From: a virus
Direction: 5' to 3' (one strand)
Virus record (IMG/VR): IMGVR_UViG_3300034283_000433
Location: 4,323-68,322 of that record
Length of the DNA stretch: 64,000 nucleotides
The notes under the pieces are model-generated. The model saw only the letters and a list, made by a program, of their open reading frames with translations. It had not been told where the DNA came from and made no database searches. Positions 40,411 through 48,764 of this stretch are shown here, in pieces. The number at the start of each line of letters is the position of its first letter. Position 1 is the stretch's first letter. The translations under genes and the position numbers were made by a program.

Positions 40411-41226
40411 TTATGCCTGATTAGAAGGTTCAGTTGCTGTTTTAGCAATAGTATTGTTTAATTCAATAATATCTTTGTCGCTAAAGTTTTTTCTCATACG
40501 TTGAAATACCTTAGTTTTATTTATCTCTTTATTATTCAAAGCTTTCTTAAATGTCTCCTCGTCTATTTTTTGACCGTATTTTTTTGTAATACCTTGCTCT
40601 TTTAATAAATATCTTACAGCATCTAAATCAGCCTTTGATTCAAACGCCCCTACATCGTGTACATCGTAACCTTGTCTTTGCATTGTTTGATATGCTGGGT
40701 CTGTAGAATATAAGTTCCATCTTGTATTTGACATATATTCCTTTCCTATTTCTTTTCTTTGCTTGTCTGTTATATTCTTGTTTTTAGCAATAAACTGCCA
40801 AGCTTCAGCTGGAGATTGGTATAGGCCTCCTCCTTGTGTAGGTGACTTAGAAAATGTTTTAAGTCCAGATGTTACGTGACCTATTTCGTGAGCTAATATA
40901 GATTTATCTGAACCTTGTGCTAATTGCACAGTAGGATTACCAGCATAATATATTGCAGCAGAAGAGCCTTTAGGGCCAGCAAAAAATTCTATATTTTTAA
41001 GTGCTTCTTGTCTTTCACTAACAACATTAGATATATTTTTTTCTCCTTGCATTGCAAGTCTATCTGCATATTCCTTAGATTGCATATATCCTAACTTATC
41101 TTGTATAAGATTTTCTGCCATCTTTCTAACAGCCATATCTGCGCCACTTGGCTTCCATCCTCCTCTAGAAGTCCATCCTTTGTTATATTTTGAAGGATTT
41201 ATTTTTTTAGGTTGCTTATCTGCCAT
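40411..41226 (-). CDS. Zincin-like (HExxH) protein
   Basis: ILAHEIGH...FESKAD. Confidence 0.65.
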   Translation of the reverse strand: MADKQPKKINPSKYNKGWTSRGGWKPSGADMAVRKMAENLIQDKLGYMQSKEYADRLAMQGEKNISNVVSERQEALKNIEFFAGPKGSSAAIYYAGNPTVQLAQGSDKSILAHEIGHVTSGLKTFSKSPTQGGGLYQSPAEAWQFIAKNKNITDKQRKEIGKEYMSNTRWNLYSTDPAYQTMQRQGYDVHDVGAFESKADLDAVRYLLKEQGITKKYGQKIDEETFKKALNNKEINKTKVFQRMRKNFSDKDIIELNNTIAKTATEPSNQA

Positions 41227-41228
41227 AA

Positions 41229-41354
41229 TTATCTTCCTTGACCGCGGTAAGCTTTTGGCTTAGGCGTGTGTTTGTTAAAAGATTTTTGCGCACTACCTTG
41301 TTTGCGTTTGCCAAAGGAAACTTTTTGACTACTATTTTTAGTTGCTTTTGCCAT
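41229..41354 (-). CDS. Small basic protein, YRGQGR type (41 aa)
   Basis: Hand-translated MAKATKNSSQKVSFGKRKQG...KAYRGQGR. Confidence 0.75.
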   Translation of the reverse strand: MAKATKNSSQKVSFGKRKQGSAQKSFNKHTPKPKAYRGQGR

Positions 41355-41355
41355 T

Positions 41356-41769
41356 TTATTTCTTACTTAGACCTTCGCCTATTTTTTGATATTCTGTATA
41401 TTTTTTGTTTGCGATAGCTTCGTTAGACGCTTTTTCAATAAAACCTTTAAACAATGCTGCAGATACTGGGTCTAATGCATAGCTAGATAAAGGCTTGTTA
41501 TCTCTCTTAGCTTGTAGCATCTTGTCTCTAAGTTCCATAGCAGCTAGATGCTTTTTACTATCTGATAAATAGTTTTCGTCTTCAGCTTCCATATCCATTT
41601 CCTTCATAGCCTCTTCAGGCTTTCTAGACATAATCTTCTTGCCAAGCATTTCAGCATAGTTGTGTACTAAACCTAAGTTAACATTCAAGCTGTCTCTGCC
41701 TGTCATAGGATTTTGAGGCGCTTGTGCTGCCCTTTCGTTAATTATCTTTATAAGTTTTTTAGCTGACAT
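41356..41769 (-). CDS. Hypothetical protein
   Basis: 137 aa, tightly packed. Confidence 0.65.
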   Translation of the reverse strand: MSAKKLIKIINERAAQAPQNPMTGRDSLNVNLGLVHNYAEMLGKKIMSRKPEEAMKEMDMEAEDENYLSDSKKHLAAMELRDKMLQAKRDNKPLSSYALDPVSAALFKGFIEKASNEAIANKKYTEYQKIGEGLSKK

Positions 41770-41773
41770 ATTG

Positions 41774-41944
41774 TTATCTGTTTATTTTTGCACGCTTTGC
41801 AGCATCTGCTAATTTACCTTTTACAGCTGGTTTAGCCACATCACCTGGCTTACGGCTTTCCCATTGCTTTTGCATTGCCTCTTCAAACTTTTCTTTGTTA
41901 GAAGCATATCCCATTTCTCCAACTTTCTTTTTCTTAGGTTCCAT
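41774..41944 (-). CDS. Small basic protein (56 aa)
   Basis: Hand-translated MEPKKKKVGEMG...AKRAKINR; fills gap. Confidence 0.6.
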   Translation of the reverse strand: MEPKKKKVGEMGYASNKEKFEEAMQKQWESRKPGDVAKPAVKGKLADAAKRAKINR

Positions 41945-41947
41945 AGT

Positions 41948-42136
41948 TTATTTAATTTTCTTTTTAGCGTTTTTCTTAGCTGTCTTCTTAGCTACAGGTT
42001 TTTTAGCTGCAGGCTTTTTCTTTACAGCTTCTTTCTTTGCCTCAACCAATTGTTCAATAGGAGATGCATACTCTGATGGTACGTATTCCCATTTCTTTCC
42101 AAATAGGTTGTTGAAGAATTCTATTATCTTTTTCAT
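41948..42136 (-). CDS. Histone-H1-like Lys/Ala-rich protein
   Basis: KKKPAAKKPVAKKTAKKNAKKK tail. Confidence 0.7.
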   Translation of the reverse strand: MKKIIEFFNNLFGKKWEYVPSEYASPIEQLVEAKKEAVKKKPAAKKPVAKKTAKKNAKKKIK

Positions 42137-42151
42137 AGATACAAAAATAGC

Positions 42152-42772
42152 TTATTTAGCTTTATATTTATTCACCATATACTTTGCCATATCATCTGGC
42201 ACTTTTCTATAGGATTTCTTGAATGTTTTAGGAGCCATCTCTACAAGCGTAGGGTCAGTGTGTACACCAGTAGGGAACTGTTTTATAGTAGGTAGCATAT
42301 GGTAGCTGTACAAATACACGTTAGCTTTCTTTACGTATTGCGTTATGTTTACAGGTAACTCCCACTTGCGTATCTTATCTACAGCACGCATCTCGCAATC
42401 CTTCTCTAGTTCAACCATATCATCAAGTACATTACGAAGCTGTGTATTGTTCATTATAACGCCACCACCCATCCAGTCCCAAGTTTTACCGCAAGCGTCT
42501 GTCCACTTCTCCCATCTAGGGTCTGTTTTCCATTGCTCTAAATGACAGAATTCGTGGATGAGTATTTCAAACCATTCTTTAAAAGGTTTACCACAGGCAA
42601 CAGCCAATACCTTGTCTCTATCGCAGAAGTATCCACTGCAATCCTGTGAGAAATCATCTGTTAAGACAACGGTCTTTGAAGGAGCAAGCATCAACTCTAT
42701 GCCGTATGTTTTACACTGTCTTTTTACTGAGGCTATGAAAGGTTTGTATTCTTGTGGGATATCGTACTTCAT
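42152..42772 (-). CDS. Zincin-like (HExxH) protein
   Basis: ILIHEFCHLEQW...ELEKDCE. Confidence 0.7.
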   Translation of the reverse strand: MKYDIPQEYKPFIASVKRQCKTYGIELMLAPSKTVVLTDDFSQDCSGYFCDRDKVLAVACGKPFKEWFEILIHEFCHLEQWKTDPRWEKWTDACGKTWDWMGGGVIMNNTQLRNVLDDMVELEKDCEMRAVDKIRKWELPVNITQYVKKANVYLYSYHMLPTIKQFPTGVHTDPTLVEMAPKTFKKSYRKVPDDMAKYMVNKYKAK

Positions 42773-42785
42773 ACCCCAAATTTAC

Positions 42786-43244
42786 CTAAATTAAGCGTAG
42801 CCTGTTTCCGTTGAAGAATACGTTAGGATTTACCCAGTACTCTATATTAGACCCTAACTTCTGGGCTATAATCTTAGCTTCTATTAATTCACTAACAGCT
42901 GTTCGTATAGTATTAGCAGATGATATACCTGTAGCCACCTGTATATCGGGTATATGGTATACTACGGTCTGACTGAGGGGGCGTATGGTGCAGGCCCCGT
43001 AAACCAGTAGCCTCAACCCAGTACCCGACAATTTCATTAAGTCTTTAAGATTATCTGTAAACAGCTTTGTATAGGCAGAGGTATCTGTCAGCGACATCTT
43101 GTTCTTGGGTATCTTGCGTACAGCGTATAGGTCATCACCATCCTTTAGCTGCCATACCTCCTCGTTCTGTTTAGTTAGGAAATGCTTTTCTTCTAGCCCT
43201 ATAATTCTAAAGGGGCTATGTAGGTACGATTCGTACTTTTTCAT
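42786..43244 (-). CDS. RepL-like winged-helix DNA-binding protein
   Basis: HTH then YWVNPNVFFNGNR, the plasmid RepL-type C-terminal signature. Confidence 0.7.
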   Translation of the reverse strand: MKKYESYLHSPFRIIGLEEKHFLTKQNEEVWQLKDGDDLYAVRKIPKNKMSLTDTSAYTKLFTDNLKDLMKLSGTGLRLLVYGACTIRPLSQTVVYHIPDIQVATGISSANTIRTAVSELIEAKIIAQKLGSNIEYWVNPNVFFNGNRLRLI

Positions 43245-43629
43245 ATCTTCGTATTGACTTATTTAAAATGAAAACGAAGATACGTCATTTTGCAGCCTAA
43301 AACTCAATTTGACGTATTTTTTTTACAAAAAATTGAAAAACACATATTGATTTACAACGTGTTACAAGGTTTCCTTCTTATATATATTATATAGAATTCT
43401 ATAGTCTGTTTATAGTCCACTTATTTATATAAAATACTGGACAATCTATAGGAGCCTGGAGGCTCTTGTTTATGTAAGGAATGTAACCGTGCAAGGGAAC
43501 TATATAGTAATACTGCGCATAGTGCCTAGGTGAAAGTCAAATCCTGCAACCGAGTACCCCTAGATTCAAATTGATTATCAAGCAAGTAATATAGGAAAGT
43601 AACCTAGATAGAAAGGTAAATAGATATGC

Positions 43630-43781
43630 TAATGTGTATATTATACACTAAGTAATGTGTAATAAATACACTAACGAGCGTAAGCGATAACCCCTACGAA
43701 AGAAATCGTAAATCCTAAACTCTAATCCCTACTAAACTAATAGACTAATGCTTTATAACTAATGTGTAAAATGTACACTAA
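43630..43781. repeat. Three 22-bp repeats TAATGTGTA-N5-TACACTAA with palindromic core
   Basis: Copies at 43630-43651, 43653-43674, 43760-43781. Confidence 0.9.
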
Positions 43782-43944
43782 CTATAACTCCGAAATGCTT
43801 CGTAATCAAGGGTAAATGTTAAAATTCCTTTAACACATTTCCTGCCATTTAGGGGCGATTTTAGCCCGTCTCCATCGTTTTGGATGTCTACCCTTGGACA
43901 CTCCGAGAAGTGCCAAATTTGGGGAAATGCGCCTTACCTCTAAT

Positions 43945-44003
43945 TGCGCGCGCGTATGTACGCGTGTGTATGTGTGCGCGTGTACGTGTATGCGCACGTA
44001 TGC
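43945..44003. other. 59-bp strictly alternating pyrimidine-purine tract
   Basis: TGCGCGCGCGTATGTACGCGTGTG...GTATGC checked base by base. Confidence 0.9.
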
Positions 44004-44099
44004 CTGCGCGCTATATCCTTATACCACAGCTGTAAAAAATCTTTTAACAAAACCTTAACTAGGCTGTTGATTGCGGTATCAAAACTATTTTGCAGTTTT

Positions 44100-44436
44100 A
44101 CAATGTCAACGGGGACGACCTAATGACACAGCTCTTTTAACGTTTCTTTAACACTCTTGCATACCTGACCTCAATAAGTCACTTAGTCACTGCAAGTATG
44201 GTCTCGCTAGGCTTTCCGCTGTAAAGCGTTGTAGCAATCACGAAGAGTGAGAGAGACCCATCCGATGGTTATGATGGTGCATAAACTCAACCCTGCTTTT
44301 GGTTTCCCTAGGACTATAGGCAGTAAAACTAGGCGACGAAATGGTTCAGTTCCATAGTAGTTGAAGATGGCGCGTTTAAAAACGTTAGCTGTTCGGAGCG
44401 TTGGGTGACAGCAATGCCCTCTAAAATAACGATGTC
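44100..44436 (+). ncRNA. Structured RNA upstream of hammerhead (unknown class)
   Basis: GC-elevated, no ORF in the track; several multi-branch helices with G-U pairs on + strand. Confidence 0.6.
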
Positions 44437-44484
44437 CGCGGATAAATTACTCCGCGCTGATGAGCTGCAGAACAGCGAAACATT
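44431..44484 (+). ncRNA. Type III hammerhead ribozyme
   Basis: GAUGUC^ / stem I CGCGGA-UCCGCG / CUGAUGA / stem II GCUG-CAGC / GAAA / stem III ACAUU; cleavage predicted after 44436. Confidence 0.93.
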
Positions 44485-44498
44485 TAAACCTAAATACT

Positions 44499-44765
44499 AT
44501 GAAAGCTACAATTAACGGCACAATGCTAAACGAAGACAGATTTGTTATTGAATTAAACGCTGAACAAATGGAAGACCTAGCTGTCTACTACTTGCTAGAG
44601 TCTTGCAAGTGGGACGCTAAGAATATCAAGTACGATGGCAATGATATGAGACAAAGAGATACCTACAATAGATTAGCTGACAAGTACTACACAATGTACA
44701 AATCAATCAAGGCTATACAAGGTAAGGAAGAACCAATAGGTGTTGAATATATCCTAGAAAATTAA
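44499..44765 (+). CDS. First early protein, hypothetical
   Basis: ATG 44499 (MKATING) after A-rich leader, just past the ribozyme. Confidence 0.75.
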   Translation: MKATINGTMLNEDRFVIELNAEQMEDLAVYYLLESCKWDAKNIKYDGNDMRQRDTYNRLADKYYTMYKSIKAIQGKEEPIGVEYILEN

Positions 44766-44818
44766 TTAACCACGGGGGTTAACAGCCCCCACATTTTAAC
44801 CTAAAAAAATATACAATT

Positions 44819-45742
44819 ATGAGACAACAAACAGCACAACAAATGATGAACGATGCATCTAGATTCAGCGCACGCACAACCGCAGACGCGGAGCGCAAGA
44901 TTGACAACATCCTAGAGAACAGCAGACAAGACAATGTCTTCGTTGAGTCCTCTATTATTAGCTTATCTGAAATCACGGGAATGGACACGCGCAAAGGCCT
45001 AGAGCAGGCAGTTATTTGTGAGGGTCAAATCGTTAACGTGGTATCTTCTAGCTATGGCCACCTAGATAACCGCAAGTTCTACTACGAAGCAGAGTCCAAG
45101 CTAATTGATTCTGACATCTACTACAAACAGCGCTCTATCAACAAAGATAACCGCTCATTCGCTGTAGATTATGTACTTGCTGATGACCGCTACAAGATAT
45201 GCGTAAAGGGTGAAGAGGATGTACTACGTCCGATGTTACGATTCGTAAACTCTTACGATGGTAGCTGTAAGACTAGCGGCTCCTTTGGATTTTGGCGCAA
45301 AGTATGTGACAATGGACTACACGTTGCACATACTGAGATTGGATTCAGCGTTAAGCACCGCGGTAATATAGCAGACGTGGTAATGCCTAAGATGGACGAG
45401 ATTGTATCTAAGTTTATGGACAACGAGTTCTATACATTAAAACGCAAGTTTGAAGTATTGGCAGAGCGCCCCGTATACAACCTAGACGGATATGTAAAAG
45501 CTACAGCTAAATCATTAGGGCTGTTCAAGTACGAAGCTAGTGACAAGAACCCCGAGCCTAGCGCTAACGCTCGTTTTGTTCTAGATGTAATCAACCGCGA
45601 GACTAGACAATTGAATACACAACCTAACCAATGGATTGTATACAACGCGTTCAACGAATTGTTACACGGCAAGTTAAAGAAGACCTTTGACCAACAGCGT
45701 AACATTGACGAGCAATTGTTTGAGACTATCTATAATTCATAA
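44819..45742 (+). CDS. DUF932/DUF945-like early protein
   Basis: NSYDGS...GFWRKVCDNGL...KH motif and W..YNAFNE. Confidence 0.8.
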   Translation: MRQQTAQQMMNDASRFSARTTADAERKIDNILENSRQDNVFVESSIISLSEITGMDTRKGLEQAVICEGQIVNVVSSSYGHLDNRKFYYEAESKLIDSDIYYKQRSINKDNRSFAVDYVLADDRYKICVKGEEDVLRPMLRFVNSYDGSCKTSGSFGFWRKVCDNGLHVAHTEIGFSVKHRGNIADVVMPKMDEIVSKFMDNEFYTLKRKFEVLAERPVYNLDGYVKATAKSLGLFKYEASDKNPEPSANARFVLDVINRETRQLNTQPNQWIVYNAFNELLHGKLKKTFDQQRNIDEQLFETIYNS

Positions 45743-45788
45743 TCATAACCACGGGGGCGGGCAACTGCCCCCACAAAAACTATCATCA

Positions 45789-46010
45789 ATGGCAAAAGAA
45801 TTCAAAATCGGTGAGTACGCTGTAGGCGGTATCATCAAGGTAGATAAGGGTGCTAAATTAGTACGCATCCAAGCCCTAGATTGGGACGATAAGGATGTAT
45901 TAAGAAACAAAGTATTCCCCGTAGATTATACGGACGCTATGGACGAGTTCTTAAACGACTTGACCACTAGCTACTACGCAGACAAAATATTAGACTACAT
46001 TAAAAACTAA
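45789..46010 (+). CDS. Hypothetical early protein
   Basis: Start moved to MAKEFKIG (ATG 45789) after AAAAACTATCATCA leader. Confidence 0.7.
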   Translation: MAKEFKIGEYAVGGIIKVDKGAKLVRIQALDWDDKDVLRNKVFPVDYTDAMDEFLNDLTTSYYADKILDYIKN

Positions 46011-46014
46011 AGCT

Positions 46015-46182
46015 ATGAAACCAAAAAATCACCAAGAGCAAATTATTATCCCCGTTTATTATTACGAAGACGAAGATGGACAATTAGTCTACGACTTTGA
46101 AGAAATGGCGGACTATTTTGCAAAAGAATTATCTAAACTTGATGAATCAAATAAAATTTTATGTAATCTAGAATATAAATAA
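46015..46182 (+). CDS. Small acidic early protein (55 aa)
   Basis: Hand-translated MKPKNHQEQIIIPVYYYEDEDG...; same leader as next gene. Confidence 0.65.
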   Translation: MKPKNHQEQIIIPVYYYEDEDGQLVYDFEEMADYFAKELSKLDESNKILCNLEYK

Positions 46183-46193
46183 AAACTAAAGCT

Positions 46194-46541
46194 ATGAAAC
46201 AAAAATTAGTATGGCCAAACATTTACAAGATGGAGCAACCTATTATTGAAAAACCTAAAACCTATGCAACTATGATACACGATGAACCTATTATTTTATC
46301 TGACCTATTAGATAGCGTATATGTACACGACTATAGTTATATGATGTCAGACGACAAGCGAGTGTGGGAGCGTGGCAAAAACAATGAGCGCCACATCAAG
46401 GATTTGATTGACATACTAATTACTGAGCTGTATGTTAAGCCAATTGACCTATTGAAACAGCTGTTAGAATGCAGAAGCGAGCAACATACCGACGGGTTAA
46501 CGCACCGCGTAATCAAGGGGTGGTTCGCTATTTATATGTAA
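46194..46541 (+). CDS. Hypothetical early protein
   Basis: HDYSYMMSDD.RVW motif. Confidence 0.7.
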   Translation: MKQKLVWPNIYKMEQPIIEKPKTYATMIHDEPIILSDLLDSVYVHDYSYMMSDDKRVWERGKNNERHIKDLIDILITELYVKPIDLLKQLLECRSEQHTDGLTHRVIKGWFAIYM

Positions 46542-46573
46542 ACAATTATTATTTTATCTAAACTATTAACACA

Positions 46574-46780
46574 ATGAAAGAGTTATTTAACATTTATGTA
46601 GTATATAATCCTAAAAAAGAATATGTAATCAGATGGGAATCCGACAATAGTATAGTGTTGTATGGTAGCGAGCTTGACGCTACATATGACTGCAACGAAG
46701 ACGAGATTGTTATTACTGCAGATAAACTAAATAAAAAATATCAAGACGAAATATTATTGGAACTTAAACAATTAAACTAA
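46574..46780 (+). CDS. Hypothetical early protein
   Basis: Repeated TTATCTAAACTA leader. Confidence 0.65.
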   Translation: MKELFNIYVVYNPKKEYVIRWESDNSIVLYGSELDATYDCNEDEIVITADKLNKKYQDEILLELKQLN

Positions 46781-46787
46781 TAACACA

Positions 46788-47204
46788 ATGAACTATTCAT
46801 TTTATCTATTCGTAAACTTACGAAATGCCATACTTGGCGAAGGTGTTGAGTACGATTGTCAGTATGGTATTGACCAAACAATATTTGCAATGTACGAGAA
46901 ATCAAAGTACAATGAAGATAACACACCCGAGTACGAGTGTATGGTCAACTTCTTAAACGCATACAAGGACAATAAGATTGACATCATTATGGACAGCTTT
47001 AACAACTACCTAAACAAACACGATTGGGTAGTATTGCTTGATGAAAGCGGTATCAGTCACGACTTTCTTAAGCCTAGAAGAGGCGATGTATTGCAGTTTA
47101 TTAGAATCAATGACAACGACTCTACTATAGGTGAGTTCTTGCACTTACCCAGCAATCAACCGCTAAACATATTCGCTGACCGCACACTTAAACTAAATAA
47201 ATAA
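46788..47204 (+). CDS. Hypothetical early protein
   Basis: 138 aa, A-rich leader. Confidence 0.65.
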   Translation: MNYSFYLFVNLRNAILGEGVEYDCQYGIDQTIFAMYEKSKYNEDNTPEYECMVNFLNAYKDNKIDIIMDSFNNYLNKHDWVVLLDESGISHDFLKPRRGDVLQFIRINDNDSTIGEFLHLPSNQPLNIFADRTLKLNK

Positions 47205-47206
47205 CT

Positions 47207-47425
47207 ATGAAAAAACAATTAACAGCAAAATGGTTATTAACCGAGTTGCAAAATATGGAAGCGCTAGGAACCGACCTTTCTAAGGTAGAACTTAGCTACC
47301 GATTTGACCCCGACTCAGACGTAGAGCCAATTACATATGTAAGCGAGGGTATATACGATGCTGAGACTAATAATATTCTAGAAGAACTAATATTCTTGAC
47401 CGATGCGTCGGAGTATGAAGATTAA
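47207..47425 (+). CDS. Small acidic early protein
   Basis: 72 aa, packed. Confidence 0.65.
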   Translation: MKKQLTAKWLLTELQNMEALGTDLSKVELSYRFDPDSDVEPITYVSEGIYDAETNNILEELIFLTDASEYED

Positions 47426-47446
47426 ATTATCTAAACTAATAATACA

Positions 47447-47623
47447 ATGGAAAAATTATCAACACGCGCCATCCTAGTTACTGCATTGATAGACCTAGCA
47501 GGCGACGAATACGAAACAACGGAAGACTTTATTGATATGGCAAAGAAGTCTGAACTAGAGTTAATCCAAGACTTAATTCATACAGCTAGATACTATAAAA
47601 ACTTAAACGATGAAGCAAGCTAA
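47447..47623 (+). CDS. Small early protein (58 aa)
   Basis: Hand-translated MEKLSTRAILVTALID...; repeated leader. Confidence 0.6.
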   Translation: MEKLSTRAILVTALIDLAGDEYETTEDFIDMAKKSELELIQDLIHTARYYKNLNDEAS

Positions 47624-47759
47624 AAAATATTACCACAGCCACCATTGGATATACGAAATCCAAACGGAGAACGGCATCCGCTATACACCCGACATAGATT
47701 GGTCGGAGTGGACAACTATAGAAGGTGCTAAAGCGCACATAGATAATCTACAACGATAA
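47610..47759 (+). CDS. Small early protein (49 aa)
   Basis: Hand-translated MKQAKKYYHSHHWIYE...AKAHID. Confidence 0.55.
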   Translation: MKQAKKYYHSHHWIYEIQTENGIRYTPDIDWSEWTTIEGAKAHIDNLQR

Positions 47760-47771
47760 AAACTATCATCA

Positions 47772-47894
47772 ATGCCACGCAAGAAAAAATACCGCCTTAC
47801 AGCATACGGCTACCAACAAATGCCATTCTTAACCGAGGGTACAATCGTTGAGCTGTCTTGGACACCTAACCTGCTGTATTGGGAAGAAATTTAG
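47772..47894 (+). CDS. Small early protein (40 aa)
   Basis: MPRKKKYRL...; same leader as 45789 gene. Confidence 0.55.
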   Translation: MPRKKKYRLTAYGYQQMPFLTEGTIVELSWTPNLLYWEEI

Positions 47895-47954
47895 GTTAAC
47901 GTGGGGAGCGTCACGTACAACGCTCACCTTTTTAAATTATCTAAACTAATAATT

Positions 47955-48209
47955 ATGTTAACACTAGAACAAGACAAACAATTAGAACAATTATGCGATG
48001 ACAATTCACCATATGTCATTATGAATGTAGTCAAAGAAGTATACAGCTCAGATAGAAAGCGCGACTTAATAGACGAGTGTATTGAGTTCCTACAAGACGA
48101 AGGATACCTTACTATTAAGCCATCTAATCTATTAGAACAGCAAAAGGTAGAAGACTTCATTGTAGAGTTGAAGCCACACTACAACGAGCGTCAATATCTA
48201 TTTATCTAA
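47955..48209 (+). CDS. Hypothetical early protein
   Basis: Start moved to ATG 47955 after repeated leader. Confidence 0.65.
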   Translation: MLTLEQDKQLEQLCDDNSPYVIMNVVKEVYSSDRKRDLIDECIEFLQDEGYLTIKPSNLLEQQKVEDFIVELKPHYNERQYLFI

Positions 48210-48221
48210 ACTATTAATATT

Positions 48222-48464
48222 ATGACAACAAGAGAAAAGATTGCACTATACAACCAAGAGGCTGTTATGTGGGATAACCTAGATGAAGCTATTATCGGCA
48301 TCACGGACGACGGCAAGGTAGTCTACGATATAGACAAAATGGTAGATATATTCTCAAAGGATATGAGTACCGATGATGCTATAGAATGGATAGACTACAA
48401 TATTCTAGGCGCACACGTAGGAGACTACACTCCCGTACACATTCATAAAATAAATGCAATATAA
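48222..48464 (+). CDS. Conserved small acidic phage protein
   Basis: LDEAIIG...VVYD..KM...A.EW..YNI.GA.VG..TP motif. Confidence 0.75.
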   Translation: MTTREKIALYNQEAVMWDNLDEAIIGITDDGKVVYDIDKMVDIFSKDMSTDDAIEWIDYNILGAHVGDYTPVHIHKINAI

Positions 48465-48496
48465 TTTGCAGTTATGCAAACATTATTTTAACTTTA
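48465..48496 (+). promoter_or_regulatory. Bacteroidota-type promoter (degenerate -7)
   Basis: TTTG-N20-TAACTTTA. Confidence 0.55.
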
Positions 48497-48512
48497 CACA
48501 AAACATACACAT

Positions 48513-48764
48513 ATGACACAAGACCAATGGAATTCTCTATTAGTTGAGCGTGCATCTGAGATGGCGCATCACCGCACTATTATTGACTTTATTATCAATG
48601 CCCCGTTTGACAAGGAATTTAAGGAAGACGACTTATGGGTATCTGATGGTGGAGAAGATGATGATTCACTTGTATACACGGACGAGGCTCAAGACGTATT
48701 TAACTTTTACTACGATGAGTACTACGACCAATTAGTTAACACCTATGAAATGCCAATACAATGA
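48513..48764 (+). CDS. Acidic hypothetical protein
   Basis: YTDEAQDVFN.YYD.Y motif. Confidence 0.7.
   Translation: MTQDQWNSLLVERASEMAHHRTIIDFIINAPFDKEFKEDDLWVSDGGEDDDSLVYTDEAQDVFNFYYDEYYDQLVNTYEMPIQ

Noticed and set aside
104-42794. Many + strand ORFs antisense to structural genes
   Set aside because: Shadow frames of long - strand genes with no independent expression signals
43340-43590. IHF-like or att-like TTGATT..CAA motifs
   Set aside because: Imperfect matches in AT-rich DNA and no integrase in the window
44286-44365. Possible tRNA (T-loop-like TTCAGTT hairpin)
   Set aside because: No canonical D arm, anticodon arm or CCA; kept only as a domain of the larger RNA
44460-44498. Track start MSCRTAK for the 101-aa ORF
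   Set aside because: That ATG lies in the hammerhead core; ATG 44499 has the typical leader
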